From positions 58 to 64,057 of the forward strand of contig CAYPXF010000006.1 in NCBI GenBank assembly GCA_964415025.1: a stretch of DNA of 64,000 bases, given 5' to 3'. A program made the translations under genes and the position numbers. How positions within the stretch are numbered: the stretch's first letter is position 1; the number at the start of each line of letters is the position of its first letter. The notes under the pieces were generated by a model, which was given only the letters and a program-made list of their open reading frames with translations, ran no database searches and was not told where the DNA came from. Positions 12,001 through 19,035 of the stretch are shown here, one piece after another. Origin of the DNA: an uncultured Gammaproteobacteria bacterium (GTDB lineage: Bacteria > Patescibacteriota > Patescibacteriia > UBA10025 > JAHIVO01).

Positions 12001-12373
12001 TCTTACTAACAAGACGAAGTTTTATTTTAGATACGGACAGCTTCGAATCCAGTACGTATTTGCCATTCTCGTATGGTTCTGGATCAGCTGGCGTTGGTGG
12101 CGGAGGTGTAACGCCATGCTCCTGCTCATATAGCTCCCGTACTACTCCGCATTCATAGCGGCGATCCTGCCGAGAACCAATGCGAACTGCGGTAAGCTTA
12201 CCAGTCCTGTCCCAATTACGAATCGTATTTGGATGAACACCAAAAATCTCACTCACTTGTTTGATAGTGAGGAGTTTAGGCAGTGAACCAAAATCGATAC
12301 GATGGCTGCTATTGGTGGTTTTTTTACCCCCTGAATTTGGTATGGTTTTTTGTGTGTTCTTGCCTCCGGGCAC
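17..12373 (-). CDS. giant 4118-aa membrane-anchored surface protein: N-terminal excisionase/MerR-type HTH, Pro-rich linker, single TM helix, then ~3900 aa of Thr/Gly/Asn/Asp-rich beta-helix/Ig-like repeat modules and a C-terminal beta-sandwich
   Basis: One open frame from 12373 to TAG at 17-19. HTH-like LLTIKQVSEIFGVHPNTIRNWDRTGKLTAVRIGSRQDRRYE, then TPPPPTPADPEP, then TM FSVFVYSAGIVAFAFVAVQAIFFSYVY. Three copies of a ~170-aa module (GDIITVYLDD..EGTTV..GGTVTTQ). The only in-frame start before the TM is GTG at 12373 (next ATG ~residue 231); no clear SD. Plus-strand ORFs overlapping it are low-complexity antisense artefacts. Confidence 0.8.
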   Translation of the reverse strand: MPGGKNTQKTIPNSGGKKTTNSSHRIDFGSLPKLLTIKQVSEIFGVHPNTIRNWDRTGKLTAVRIGSRQDRRYECGVVRELYEQEHGVTPPPPTPADPEPYENGKYVLDSKLSVSKIKLRLVSKKFSVFVYSAGIVAFAFVAVQAIFFSYVYTIQAGAPEQKEYSITLEPATVSGWQYPDNARYLDLPSTAGLGAFTDKNSAVYANRPVQTAPLNQASAEQGTTAPPETVMKNTSSQPLPATESNPQVLGDEVSVSDELIATPVEALFEAGDYRLPDTVPADVLLQHASVLISLAADTYAGNEDVITFLLSVDDGQTWEVLGTQPLYEAMNNSTNEGYWKFSLMPYLESAADLSRLRFGVRYDAATGDQSATAYLDAVVIEAGLQEPHPASQAIQESVTIADTDLAADEDPVIDVAVEEEAFFDFLGADPTTRDIKKVEIISPDGETIDAPLEKKDVRVGDVTKAEYTVDTSVFDKPGKYRVALTIEQDGVVEQVVEEFTWGVLAFNPDQSIYQTGQDSLLSIGVLDDAGDMVCDAEVNMTITSPSGRVTMLTTTNGSISVSEYCRFKGDYRGPDYYGNYSANTVGQYDVRIEATHANGTRVLDDLFWAEDDPAYTIRRDGPTRVFPYIYQPMKLEVYAQDDYEGEIVEVVPGVYDIEILDDATIREVPRGNKTVKEIVWNRIISAGQTIELNYNFKTPEVSPALYLVGPARVGDWDEGRQWQMAIDVVYMYVLANTASAPTGWTDDTATFDSDFLRGAASFSVTGGGNATHSHTIHHTSVSGPSSTYGTTCSRRCSWVATSTHTHLTVDPSVDNADNNPAHHTFYIWKNDTGVPTTIPDNSFGFFDADPGGSWTRFSSADSRLVRLDNSHTTGGSDTHEHVVTWNSLGAVSGTIQELDPLLGDFAASDSHTHSAPDPSRVAGATSIPAYVTSLIYEQTNTTAQTIPSNFIGLFDGDPGTGWNVISDGAAEDYYQRFIRGHATTEGTQTGANTHSHSGTTSGPSGTPSATVSASGGSNYASGTHTHTITAEYNSADHTPPYVDFVIAQCDGCVSSGITLSGTAYQEDESTNVGSGVTVQVDVNGVSAGSDTTDTNGDWSVTGVSASSGDIITVYLDDHGTYEGTTVFKTDGTNQTNIDVFQNAVIVRNDTGASITNTNLESGDRDAGDDDIKFDVSSGNVTFDSGFELHVWTGDTYDPGGTVTTQGTGGDVHVDDGATLYLDTATNTIAAEITIDTSAILNVQQTTNVNGAGIAVDVTGTLNHTAATFTIGNSTDEDLRVNSGATVNLSGGTTVIQDLLDIDAGDVTISNTVDINDNIDMDGGTLEISSVVDVADDFDMDGGTLDINSGADIDLEGSSADFLVDGASTTVNLNDGSIDAGRYFQWNNGATINLYGGSHHTGAYGGGTNGSWEMQRSGSLTFNMISGTNPDANGCNITASNILIYNGGTFTTSTVTGGAICQGTTHTQRLFYDVESESHSFYNLKIIEDAAIHTSTTQTIPIANSFTIDSGVTFSTNDKNMKVDNGWINNGAFTAGTSTITLAGGSISGTNDTTFNNLTIDPADFLGDVDVDSAGTDDPIVSGTLNVATGNVLSIESGRTLTVDSSAIFTFSGYIDGEGTLVYKSTTAFPTTGSIASNPPITIRFDSTSNNVTMSERTDYQHVEIYGNATSNTVTAASGTIEVDRDLTLTQDGGSGDTEFNLNTNDPTFTVTGTLTINPYTSFAASNTAALNINGNFAYNGGSIVNNLGHVYLGGSSPQTINTGAGLLSPNGLYHMTITNTSGTDPDTDPGVIFTGGDVEIQGTLTITTQGVYIRFNDASEYSAYGISINGQSASGVTFRSDNPGTQYDFTYGNLHGQSIVNIDVQDSNACGGTTIDVTDSSNVNSGNNNCWDFGPVNISGTIYSDTGSTQYDCSANNLTVSIKVNGAGTNTGTCTAADGSFTVSSVDLSAEGDIMTVFLDNETPNATTVTEIQNPYDDISDFDLYQNNLITRTESAFDALSNTELDNYDSGNDSDVIFTVTSGNLTVSSGSGLYIWASSVFQPGGTVTTSPSSTASGSSGDVVIATGANLNISSNALSVGGDFDNSGTFGRSIPHTTTFTATGTGFGIDLGGTYFDDVVFNGSGGGWSFTTTGNIYGDLTMTAGTLSGTADIYVDDHVTGDGTINLTGGTFQVSNGSNNFGGDTGWTFYNLTFGHSGTVEVDTTATGSGSITVTNVMTLESTYYGTGDDYRSHNLNAGSKDWILSGSGRPLVDEDGVSQDSFIAQTSTVRYMGTSATNIEPQTYNNVEFKPTGGSPTYTVYGTFIAATSNMVVGDGTNTVTFEADTYDSTVDVDGTFSCTTGAGTNTVTTGTDVWTMSGNMDLSNCDTFNATSGNSIVMDGASKTLYASGKMLYDFTASGSVTIDSGNVTVHDLSIGGSGSLTSTNGILYVQGSWSNSNTFTHNSGTVQFTTTATATISGSTTFNDFTVSGIGAVKTMTFTAGTTQTISGTWTVTGASGQLVTLQSSTTSAWTVNPTAADVSYVDVSYSTNTGVAFCATYSNDGGNNTDWSISAGGSCGATISGTLYSDEGTTAIDCSAGAKTVNLRIDGAGADTTECSAADGGWSITGLTIASGDVITVYLENETEEGTTVYVSDGTDQSNVDVYQDWVIVRADTGSITNANLATGDDSDDDVKYAVSTNNLTIDVNVGLHVWNSDTYAPGGTVTTQQGGDIHIDNDATFNATDHDVTIGGSWRADTIDAYIPGSNTTKFTSTSTGETLYFASTHNNMTFDGVGGEWEFENGCGIDGNLTVTNGTIIGDSNIQVDDDVTGNGTINMSGGSFNIVNGSNNFGGDSAWAFYDLIFQHSGTTDYTTSATGSGSITITNQLTIQANYSMVSEYWYSHQLAAGGKDWILSGSGTVFHDQADGGAGNGSLDGQTSTFKYTGTSATTIEQTKSYNNLYLQPASGTPTYTFNAGNYFLTGDLTIQTTVSADTADLIWTDSGTLQSNGATFNNLVVDSNGGAATVAVETDNITIDNQLYVDTGDILSIDSVNVIWTGSSFTLNGSIVNAIRDSGYLVIDSATVIPTGGVINTQIRFDATNGNTSTMPARSYGGSVELYTNSGTTDRTIELGAGEHTIAYNLTGVVENGNSLTIDGATNNPTMNITGSLSFSGVGDGSPTITSGTGTWTVTDDVDFTGGDYTAATGNVLHIDDAATLTTSGDPLYDFQTSGAGTITVASAVTVNNDVTVGSGSTLSGSNNFTVKGGDLTGDGVVDWTGATFRIAGTGNMGGASNWTFNNLEFYLPVCGAYTTTATGTGSVTVNGTLAVASCFNLGDKEHTLNAGPKTWIITGTGTPITTNGRITGGTSTFRYTGAGATNIDSIDGVVLDGSYYNLEIKPSGTATHTLPVSGDLDINNNLIIGDGTNAATLSGTENNPSLDIGGSVSCAGTGTNNINTGTGTYQVTGDVDLTNCTVTATTDHTFHMDGASKSITPGGQTIYNYKASSTGTISQVGAMDVDGTFDLADTAAFTQAADSDLNVAGNFTLASGTTFTKASGTGKVVFDGDLTFTDSTATLQDMGTLWIGASPDTTDLSSDLKAKSLRVGSSDIFNTNGYDVAIETDILIDGVMDATDDGEGDATFIELGGDFTVSSGARYYPDTSTITFNDTTGTSNLVISPTCNTCDLNNVTVNDGGGGSLTVEVEDPITLNGNLTITDGTLDVVSVENNAITVGGNWSNSDTFEARSGTVTFDASSVSAGTVTIDSTGATKDDFYAVVLNDAADGDTFQLESAFDVNDDLTITGGTLDTKSGENNSIAIGGDWTNNDTFTARSSTVTADGSAQQTFEGTLTGAGGQFYNLTITNAGGSDPDVIFGAAAQTANNFTANTASTQLQFNAGSDYTFNNIDFDGQAEGTRVFLRSSSTGTQWNLISSGTQFVSNTDVRDSNACGGDTIDATDGTNFDATNNDCWNFNTLSFSIADTGPDMGVGFGSLSSTAATWATGDETGSATATPAHTLQITTNADNGYSITYSGSTLTNGSDSIDVATWTNDENGTPGTEQFAISASAGTDATIAAGYDYDTGGAAADYTFIADSKETLVSESTATATETISLYYIANISGQTEAGQYTTSITFIATANF

Positions 12374-12499
12374 TCTTTTTTTTATATCGGCTAATTTTAG
12401 CCATTAAGTCAATACTACTTAACAAAGAACATATCATAATTATAGCAAAAAAGATGCCATCTGTCTATAGTGCGGCTTATTTTATTAACTTAACAACTT

Positions 12500-13207
12500 T
12501 TATTTTTTAGAAAAGCGTAATAATATCACTCGCCAAAAACTTTCAATCATGATTGACAGGGAGAATTTAGAACTGCCGGCGTGCCGCTCTAAAAAGGTGA
12601 TGGGTATTTCTTTGATACGGTATTTCTGTTGCCATAAGCGGTATGTCACTTCAATCTGGAAATTATATCCTCGTGATTCGAGTTTCCGAAAATCAAGCGA
12701 GGCTAATGCTTGACGGCGAAAACATTTATATCCGCCCGTCAGATCACTGATTGGTATGCCCAGGATAATTCGAATAGTGCTGTTTGCTAATTTACTGATG
12801 CAGCGACGCGGTATATTCCAATTTTCTACTCCTCCGCCACGGATATACCGCGATCCCAATACAACATCCGCCGATTGTATGACCTGGAAAAAATGCGGCA
12901 AATATTTCGGCTGGTGCGAATAATCAGCATCCATTTCAAAAATATACTGGACTGCCGTATTTTTCAAAACATGCATAAACCCGGCGGCATAAGCACGCCC
13001 CAAGCCCTGCTTCTGGGCCCGGTGTAAGACATCGATACGGTCGTGTCGCTGTGCCAGCTCATCAGCTAGTCTGCCTGTTCCGTCAGGAGAATTATCATCT
13101 ACGACTAAAATACCGCAATCAGCCGGTGCCACGCGGAGTATTTCCTGAACAATGCCCGGTAGATTTTCCCGTTCATTATAGGTGGGTAATATGATAACCG
13201 ATTTCAT
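12500..13207 (-). CDS. family 2 glycosyltransferase, polyprenol-phosphate mannose/glucose synthase-like (Dpm1-type)
   Basis: ATG start. N-terminal IILPTYNERENL and VVDDNSPDGT are GT2 DxD-region signatures. Length 235 aa is typical for the family. Confidence 0.8.
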   Translation of the reverse strand: MKSVIILPTYNERENLPGIVQEILRVAPADCGILVVDDNSPDGTGRLADELAQRHDRIDVLHRAQKQGLGRAYAAGFMHVLKNTAVQYIFEMDADYSHQPKYLPHFFQVIQSADVVLGSRYIRGGGVENWNIPRRCISKLANSTIRIILGIPISDLTGGYKCFRRQALASLDFRKLESRGYNFQIEVTYRLWQQKYRIKEIPITFLERHAGSSKFSLSIMIESFWRVILLRFSKK

Positions 13208-13283
13208 AAGAATAGTGCTATTGTATCACGGGCTATCTGCCATGTAAACGAATATCACCGGGCAGCTAATAGCTAATGCCTAT

Positions 13284-13313
13284 TTTGACGTACCATACCC
13301 TTTTTACTATAAT
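13284..13313 (+). promoter_or_regulatory. consensus sigma70 promoter TTGACG-17-TATAAT ending ~12 nt before the LCP start, implying a leaderless or near-leaderless mRNA
   Basis: Seen directly. Coordinates are approximate to within 1 nt. Confidence 0.6.
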
Positions 13314-13325
13314 GAAGGAACAATT

Positions 13326-14801
13326 ATGCCTGAATTTGTAAACAACGAAGCTGGATCACAGTTATCCAAAAAAAATACGCAGCCATCTTTGGAAGTAAAG
13401 CCCGGAAACTGGTACCAACAGCCAGCCACCAAGCGTTCATGGTGGTGGCGTATTGCTATTGGGGTGTTTGCTATTCTCCTGGTTATCGGCCTGGGAGTTC
13501 TGACCAAGGCAGTGCTTGCTATTAATAGCACAAACAGCATTTCTGGTGATAAAGTGGGATTTTTTGATCAGATTAAACACCTCATATCCAATCCCGATAA
13601 GCAGCTCGTTGGCGAAGCAGATGAGCGTGTCAATGTTTTACTAGTCGGCATAGGCGGTGCAGGACACCAGGGTGCTTACTTGGCTGATACGATAATTCTG
13701 GCCAGTATTAAGCCATCGACAGAAGAAGTAGCCACACTATCCATACCGCGTGATCTGTACGTCGAGATTCCAGAATACGGCTGGCGCAAAATTAATAATG
13801 CCATGGCTTTTGGCGAAATGGGAGACTATCTTGGCGGCGGTCCGGCCCTGCTGATCGATGCACTCGAACCGGTCATCGGCGTTCCCATACATTATTATGC
13901 CCGCGTTGATTTTGAGGGATTTAGGAAAATAATTGATGATCTCGGCGGGATTGATGTATACGTAGAAAACGGTTTTACCGACTACGAATACCCTGATTAT
14001 AATTACGGTTATCAGACTATTTCATTTACCGAGGGCTGGGAACATATGAATGGTGAGCGAGCATTACAATACTCTCGGTCACGGCACGGCACGAATGGCG
14101 AGGGTTCGGACTTTGCCCGATCCAGACGCCAGCAAAAAGTACTCTTCGCTGCCAAAGAAAAAGCCCTCTCGCTCAATACCCTGCTCAATCCGAATAAAAT
14201 CGTCAATATTTTAGAAAGTCTAGGCGAACATAACCAGACAAACATGGAAATATGGGAAATACTGCGATTAGCCGATCTGATAAAAAATATTGAACGTGAA
14301 AAGGTAATCAGCAAAGTACTGGAAAACAGCCCCGAGGGCTTGCTGCAGTCAGAAACAACTCTTGATGGCGCCTATATCCTGCGTCCGCGGACAGGTGATT
14401 ATACTGCCATTCAGGATATGGCGGAAAATATTTTCGAAGTAAATCACGTGACGCAGGAAAATGCTCAATTAATTATACAAAACAGCACCAATGTCGAAGG
14501 GCTGGCCAGTGACACTGCCGACATGCTGTCTGCCAGGGGCTACGCCATCACCACCGTTACCAATGCAAATACTGAAGAGCCGCTAGACAGGACAACAATA
14601 TATGATCTATCAAACGGCAATAAGCCCTATACTATTGTGGCTTTGCAAAAATTGCTCGATGTAACGGTAATGACCCAGCCACCTGATTTTTACCAGACGG
14701 CGCTATCAAACACTAACAGTGGCACTACCCAAATTGCCGACATTCTGGTCGTACTTGGAGCTGATTATAGCTCTATCCCATTGCTTACTAACGCTAATTA
14801 A
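13326..14801 (+). CDS. LytR-CpsA-Psr (LCP) family cell-envelope phosphotransferase
   Basis: N-terminal TM segment then an LCP core (VLLVGIGGAG, SIPRDLYVEIPEYGWRKINNA, RSRHG.. motifs). A consensus sigma70 promoter lies immediately upstream. Confidence 0.8.
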   Translation: MPEFVNNEAGSQLSKKNTQPSLEVKPGNWYQQPATKRSWWWRIAIGVFAILLVIGLGVLTKAVLAINSTNSISGDKVGFFDQIKHLISNPDKQLVGEADERVNVLLVGIGGAGHQGAYLADTIILASIKPSTEEVATLSIPRDLYVEIPEYGWRKINNAMAFGEMGDYLGGGPALLIDALEPVIGVPIHYYARVDFEGFRKIIDDLGGIDVYVENGFTDYEYPDYNYGYQTISFTEGWEHMNGERALQYSRSRHGTNGEGSDFARSRRQQKVLFAAKEKALSLNTLLNPNKIVNILESLGEHNQTNMEIWEILRLADLIKNIEREKVISKVLENSPEGLLQSETTLDGAYILRPRTGDYTAIQDMAENIFEVNHVTQENAQLIIQNSTNVEGLASDTADMLSARGYAITTVTNANTEEPLDRTTIYDLSNGNKPYTIVALQKLLDVTVMTQPPDFYQTALSNTNSGTTQIADILVVLGADYSSIPLLTNAN

Positions 14802-14805
14802 TGTT

Positions 14806-16134
14806 ATGTCACCTGCACTGCCGCGCGTTGTGCTGATCGGCAGAATTAATGCTGGGAAATCTACCCTCTTTAATACGCTTGCTGAAACAGGACGCGCACT
14901 CACTTCGCCCATACCTGGCACTACTCGAGATATCAATACACAAACGGTCCGCTGGAGGGACCGTGCTTTTGTCTTAGTCGATACAGGTGGCCTGGACGCT
15001 GATCAGCTGGGTAAGATGGAAAAGGCAGTCGCTGCCAAGGCGCAGCAAACGATTATTGAAGCCGCGGTCGTGCTCTTAGTAATCGACGGACGGCATGATC
15101 TGACTGAAGCAGACCGTCGGATTGCTAAAACGCTGAAACAACGACACAAAAATACGTTTTTAGTTATTAATAAAATTGACAGCCCTCGCCTGCGCCGCCA
15201 CGTATCGCCTGATTTTTTTAAGCTCGGGCTTGGTGAACCACATTATATTTCAGCGCTCCGCGGTACAGGCACTGGCGATCTGTTGGATGTGCTGGTCAGG
15301 GAGCTGCCGCCGCGTCAGGCGACTGAACCAGCATACGAGATCCGGGTATCACTTATCGGTAAAACCAATGTCGGCAAATCCTCTCTTATCAATGCGATGA
15401 TAGGCGATGAACGCATTATTGTCAGTGATCAGCCGCATACGACTCGCGAGCCACAGGATATTGCCCTGACCTACCATGGCACGAAGATGCTTTTTGTGGA
15501 CACTGCCGGACTACGTAAAAAAAAGGCAAAAGTAAATCAATTAGAAAAAATGGGGATTGCCCGCAGCCACGCGGCGGTGCGGCGGTCTGCTATCAGTATT
15601 ATTGTCACCGATGTCAGCCAGCCGCTGACCAGCCAGGATCAGGCTATTGCCGCTTTCGCGCTCGAGCAGCAGAATGCTATACTGGTAATAGCTAATAAGT
15701 GGGACCTTATAGCTGATAAGGATACCGACAGCATAGCGCGCTACCGGAAAAACTACCGCCGCTATTTTTCATTTATTGACTGGGCGCCGTTCATTTTTAC
15801 GTCAGCCACAGAAAAAATTCGTATCGGTAAAATACTCCAGCAAGCAGTAGCCGTATACCAGGAATACCAGCGCACGCTGACTACGGCCCAGTTGGCAAGC
15901 CTCATCCAGCAGGTCACTCCTCGACAGGCCAAGCCGAGCATGGGCAAAAAGCCCGGCAAACCAACGCGGCTGGTACAGATTGATACAGCGCCTCCGCGGT
16001 TTACGCTATATGCCAGGAGGCCAGAGCGGGTGCATCCTGCATATATAAATTTATTAGAAAAAAAGATGCGCTCTGCGCACGGATTTCAGGGGACGCCCAT
16101 CAGCATCTCGGTGACCAAAGAAAAAAACCTATGA
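14806..16134 (+). CDS. der: ribosome-biogenesis GTPase Der (EngA), tandem GTPase domains plus KH-like C-terminus
   Basis: Two P-loops (GRINAGKSTLFN and GKTNVGKSSLINAM) with DTGG/NKxD motifs. I start it at ATG 14806; the ORF-track N-extension overlaps the LCP gene and is not protein-like. Confidence 0.9.
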   Translation: MSPALPRVVLIGRINAGKSTLFNTLAETGRALTSPIPGTTRDINTQTVRWRDRAFVLVDTGGLDADQLGKMEKAVAAKAQQTIIEAAVVLLVIDGRHDLTEADRRIAKTLKQRHKNTFLVINKIDSPRLRRHVSPDFFKLGLGEPHYISALRGTGTGDLLDVLVRELPPRQATEPAYEIRVSLIGKTNVGKSSLINAMIGDERIIVSDQPHTTREPQDIALTYHGTKMLFVDTAGLRKKKAKVNQLEKMGIARSHAAVRRSAISIIVTDVSQPLTSQDQAIAAFALEQQNAILVIANKWDLIADKDTDSIARYRKNYRRYFSFIDWAPFIFTSATEKIRIGKILQQAVAVYQEYQRTLTTAQLASLIQQVTPRQAKPSMGKKPGKPTRLVQIDTAPPRFTLYARRPERVHPAYINLLEKKMRSAHGFQGTPISISVTKEKNL

Positions 16135-16667
16135 AGCTCATCGTCGGCCTGGGTAATCCAGGAAAACAATACGCGCGCACACGACATAATATCGCCTGGC
16201 ACGTACTGGCGCCGCTCTATTCATTTACCCCGCATCAGAAATTCCAGGCACACATAGCTCGCCCCTTACCAGGCGTGCTGATTGCCCTACCTCAGACGTT
16301 TATGAACAATTCAGGAAAGGCCGTGGCGTCAATCGCAAATTTTTATACCGTCAATCCAGAGGATATCTGGATCATACACGATGAAATTGATCTACCACTA
16401 GGTACTATCCGTGTGAATTTTGATCGTTCTGCGGCAGGCCATCGCGGTGTCGCGTCTGTTATCGAATCACTAGGCACCCAGGAATTCTGGCGGATCCGCA
16501 TCGGTATCCAGGCACCATCAAAAGGCGCCCTGCCGACTGATGCCTATGTCCTGCAGCCGTTTACTCCAGATGAGCAACCCCTGATCCAGCGTATCGTCGA
16601 AAAAACACAGCCACTGATTCGAGATATGATGAAGTATGGCATCACCGAGCAAAATCAGTTAGTATAA
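16131..16667 (+). CDS. pth: peptidyl-tRNA hydrolase
   Basis: MKLIVGLGNPG..YARTRHNIAW is the canonical Pth N-terminus. Its ATG overlaps the der stop. Confidence 0.9.
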   Translation: MKLIVGLGNPGKQYARTRHNIAWHVLAPLYSFTPHQKFQAHIARPLPGVLIALPQTFMNNSGKAVASIANFYTVNPEDIWIIHDEIDLPLGTIRVNFDRSAAGHRGVASVIESLGTQEFWRIRIGIQAPSKGALPTDAYVLQPFTPDEQPLIQRIVEKTQPLIRDMMKYGITEQNQLV

Positions 16668-16671
16668 ACAT

Positions 16672-17748
16672 ATGGATACCCAAAGCAAAATGACAATCGA
16701 TACAATACTGAATACGGTTGCTGGACAGCAGGCTTCTGACCTGCATTTGTCGGTGGGCAATCCGCCGGTTATCCGGCTCAATGAACAACTCGTCCCGCTG
16801 GAAAATGAGACTATCATTACCAAACGGTTTATGGAGGATTTTGTCGAAGCAATACTTACCCCTGACCAGCGTGAGAAATTAGAGGAAAAAAAGGAAATAG
16901 TTATTTCGTATCAATTCAACAAACAGGCGCGATTTAGGGTAAATATTTTTTACCAAAAAGAAGTGCTGGCCGCCTATTTACGTTATGTCAGCAACACCAT
17001 ACGGCCACTCGACCAGCTGGGACTACCCTTTTACAGTATGGAAAAACTAACTAAAAAGGATGAAGGGTTAATCATTATTAGCGGCGAATTCGGATCAGGC
17101 AAAACTACTACCTCGGCCTCAATCATCGATTATATTAATAAACACCGTTCAGCCTATATCTTGAGCATCGAGGAGCCAATCGAATACATCTTCACTAATA
17201 AAAAGAGTATTATCGAACAGCGAGAGGTCGGCCGCGACGCGATTTCTTTTGAGCAGGGACTGCATTCTGTAACACAGGAAGATATTGACGTGCTGTTTAT
17301 TTCTGACCTGCCCTCGCCAGAGGTCATAAAAGAAGTGCTGACCATCGCCAATTCCAGTCGATTGGTAGTGGCTACGGTAGAGGCAGACAGCATTCTCAAA
17401 ACATTAGAATACATTATCAACAGTTTTCCGGGTGATGAACAGCATCAGGTGCGCCAGCAGCTCGCTTCAAATCTCGAGGGTGTCATCTGCCAAAAACTTA
17501 TATCGCGCATTGGCGGAGGAAAAGCGGCAATCGCCGAAATAATGCTGGCCACTGACCCGATCCGATCCATTATTAAGGAGGGATCACTTTATCAGATTAA
17601 TAACATTATTCAGACTTCCCGCGAAGAAGGCATGGCTTCATTTGACTGGTCGCTGGCTGATCTGGTAAAAACAAACCAAGTACAGTACGAAACCGCCGTA
17701 GATCATGCCGCCGACAAACAGCGTCTGGCCACACTGCTGCGGGTATAA
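16672..17748 (+). CDS. pilT: type IV pilus retraction ATPase PilT/PilU family
   Basis: ASDLHL..PP..R motif, Walker A GEFGSGKTTT and a secretion-ATPase core. 358 aa. Confidence 0.8.
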   Translation: MDTQSKMTIDTILNTVAGQQASDLHLSVGNPPVIRLNEQLVPLENETIITKRFMEDFVEAILTPDQREKLEEKKEIVISYQFNKQARFRVNIFYQKEVLAAYLRYVSNTIRPLDQLGLPFYSMEKLTKKDEGLIIISGEFGSGKTTTSASIIDYINKHRSAYILSIEEPIEYIFTNKKSIIEQREVGRDAISFEQGLHSVTQEDIDVLFISDLPSPEVIKEVLTIANSSRLVVATVEADSILKTLEYIINSFPGDEQHQVRQQLASNLEGVICQKLISRIGGGKAAIAEIMLATDPIRSIIKEGSLYQINNIIQTSREEGMASFDWSLADLVKTNQVQYETAVDHAADKQRLATLLRV

Positions 17749-17759
17749 CATAATTAATT

Positions 17760-18809
17760 ATGGCTTTGTTTAAACAGAAAAATGAGCGGCTGGTCGGCGT
17801 TGATTTTGGTTCAGCGACTATTAAACTAGTTGAAATCGAATACACTGATCCGTCCTATCGACTCGTTACCTACGGCATTGCCCAGCGTGACCATGATGCC
17901 TATAAAATCAATACTGTCCAGGGGCAGCGCCAGGTAGCCGCTCTGCTCCAGGAGGTTGTACAGGCCGCACGGGTCAACACGATTGATACCGTTACCGCCA
18001 TCCCGGCGCTGTCCTCTTTTAACACGGTCGTCACCCTGCCCCACATGCCGGATAAAGAACTGGGTTCAGCCGTGCAATGGGAGGCGAAAAAACTGGTGCC
18101 GCTGCCTATCGAAAAAATGAAAATTGACTGGCAGCGCATCCCGCCGGATCCACGGGATGATAAAGACCAAACAAAAGTAATTATTACCGCGGCTCCATTA
18201 GATATTATCAATGCCTACATTAATATTTTCCGTCAGGTAAACCTAAATCTCAAAAGCATAGAAACAGAAATTACCGCATTACGGCGGTCCCTTGTTCCGC
18301 ATGAGGGTGGAACTTTTTTACTGGTAGATATGGGAGCTACAAACACAAATCTGGTTCTGTTTAATCGGGGAATCCCCCGGGTGAACCGCAATGTTGAGGT
18401 CGGCGGCAAAACCATTACCCAGCGCATAGCCGAAAGCCTCAATGTGCAGCCAGAACGCGCTGAACAGTTTAAAAACGATATTGGTCTGCCTCTGCCGAAC
18501 CAGCAGCCACATCCAGCGGCAAAAGCTGCTGCCTTTCTCATTGATAACATGATTGTCCGTGAAATCAAACGGTTAAGCCGCACTATCCAGAGCACCGAGC
18601 AAACAAATATTAAAAAAGTGATTCTGATCGGCGGTTGTTCCCATCTGAAAAACCTGCCTAAATACATAGAGCATGCCTTATCACTGCCTGCTGACATCGG
18701 TAACCCCTGGGAACATATTATTTACCCGCGTGATTTGCAGCATGAGATGCTGCAAATCGGCCCCCAGCTGGCAGTGGCTGTAGGACTGGCCATGAAAACA
18801 AAAAAATAG
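17760..18809 (+). CDS. pilM: type IV pilus assembly protein PilM (actin-like ATPase fold)
   Basis: N-terminal LVGVDFGSATIKLVEIE and actin-like domains. It follows pilT by 11 nt. Confidence 0.75.
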   Translation: MALFKQKNERLVGVDFGSATIKLVEIEYTDPSYRLVTYGIAQRDHDAYKINTVQGQRQVAALLQEVVQAARVNTIDTVTAIPALSSFNTVVTLPHMPDKELGSAVQWEAKKLVPLPIEKMKIDWQRIPPDPRDDKDQTKVIITAAPLDIINAYINIFRQVNLNLKSIETEITALRRSLVPHEGGTFLLVDMGATNTNLVLFNRGIPRVNRNVEVGGKTITQRIAESLNVQPERAEQFKNDIGLPLPNQQPHPAAKAAAFLIDNMIVREIKRLSRTIQSTEQTNIKKVILIGGCSHLKNLPKYIEHALSLPADIGNPWEHIIYPRDLQHEMLQIGPQLAVAVGLAMKTKK

Positions 18810-18831
18810 CTCTGAACAACTGTTCAGAGCT
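18808..18831. terminator. 11-bp perfect hairpin (AGCTCTGAACA ac TGTTCAGAGCT) acting as a bidirectional intrinsic terminator between pilM (+) and a small minus-strand gene
   Basis: Seen directly. An A-run lies on the 5' side, which is a U-run for the minus-strand transcript. It sits directly after the pilM TAG and ~10 nt after the stop of the 18841..19035 minus ORF. Confidence 0.7.
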
Positions 18832-18840
18832 ATATGCATA

Positions 18841-19035
18841 CTATAGAGACTTAAATTTTTCGCCAAATCGTTCGCATATATACGCGCAGGTTTTGGCGGC
18901 TTCACCGCCAGTAATCTGTCGCTTTGACCGATTATCATGTTCATCAGTCTCTACGGTACCAGTTAGGATGAGTCGACGAACGGCTTCAAACTCTGAAATT
19001 ATTTGATTTATGAGCAAAAGCGATGTATCTGTCAT
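18841..19035 (-). CDS. small hypothetical protein (64 aa)
   Basis: ATG preceded by a strong SD (AAGGAGG, 5 nt spacing) and followed by the hairpin terminator. No recognisable domain. Confidence 0.5.
   Translation of the reverse strand: MTDTSLLLINQIISEFEAVRRLILTGTVETDEHDNRSKRQITGGEAAKTCAYICERFGEKFKSL

Noticed and set aside
12283-12510. 75-aa plus ORF in the GT2/giant-gene intergenic region
   Set aside because: AT-rich promoter region with an implausible Phe/Leu/Ile-rich translation and no RBS.
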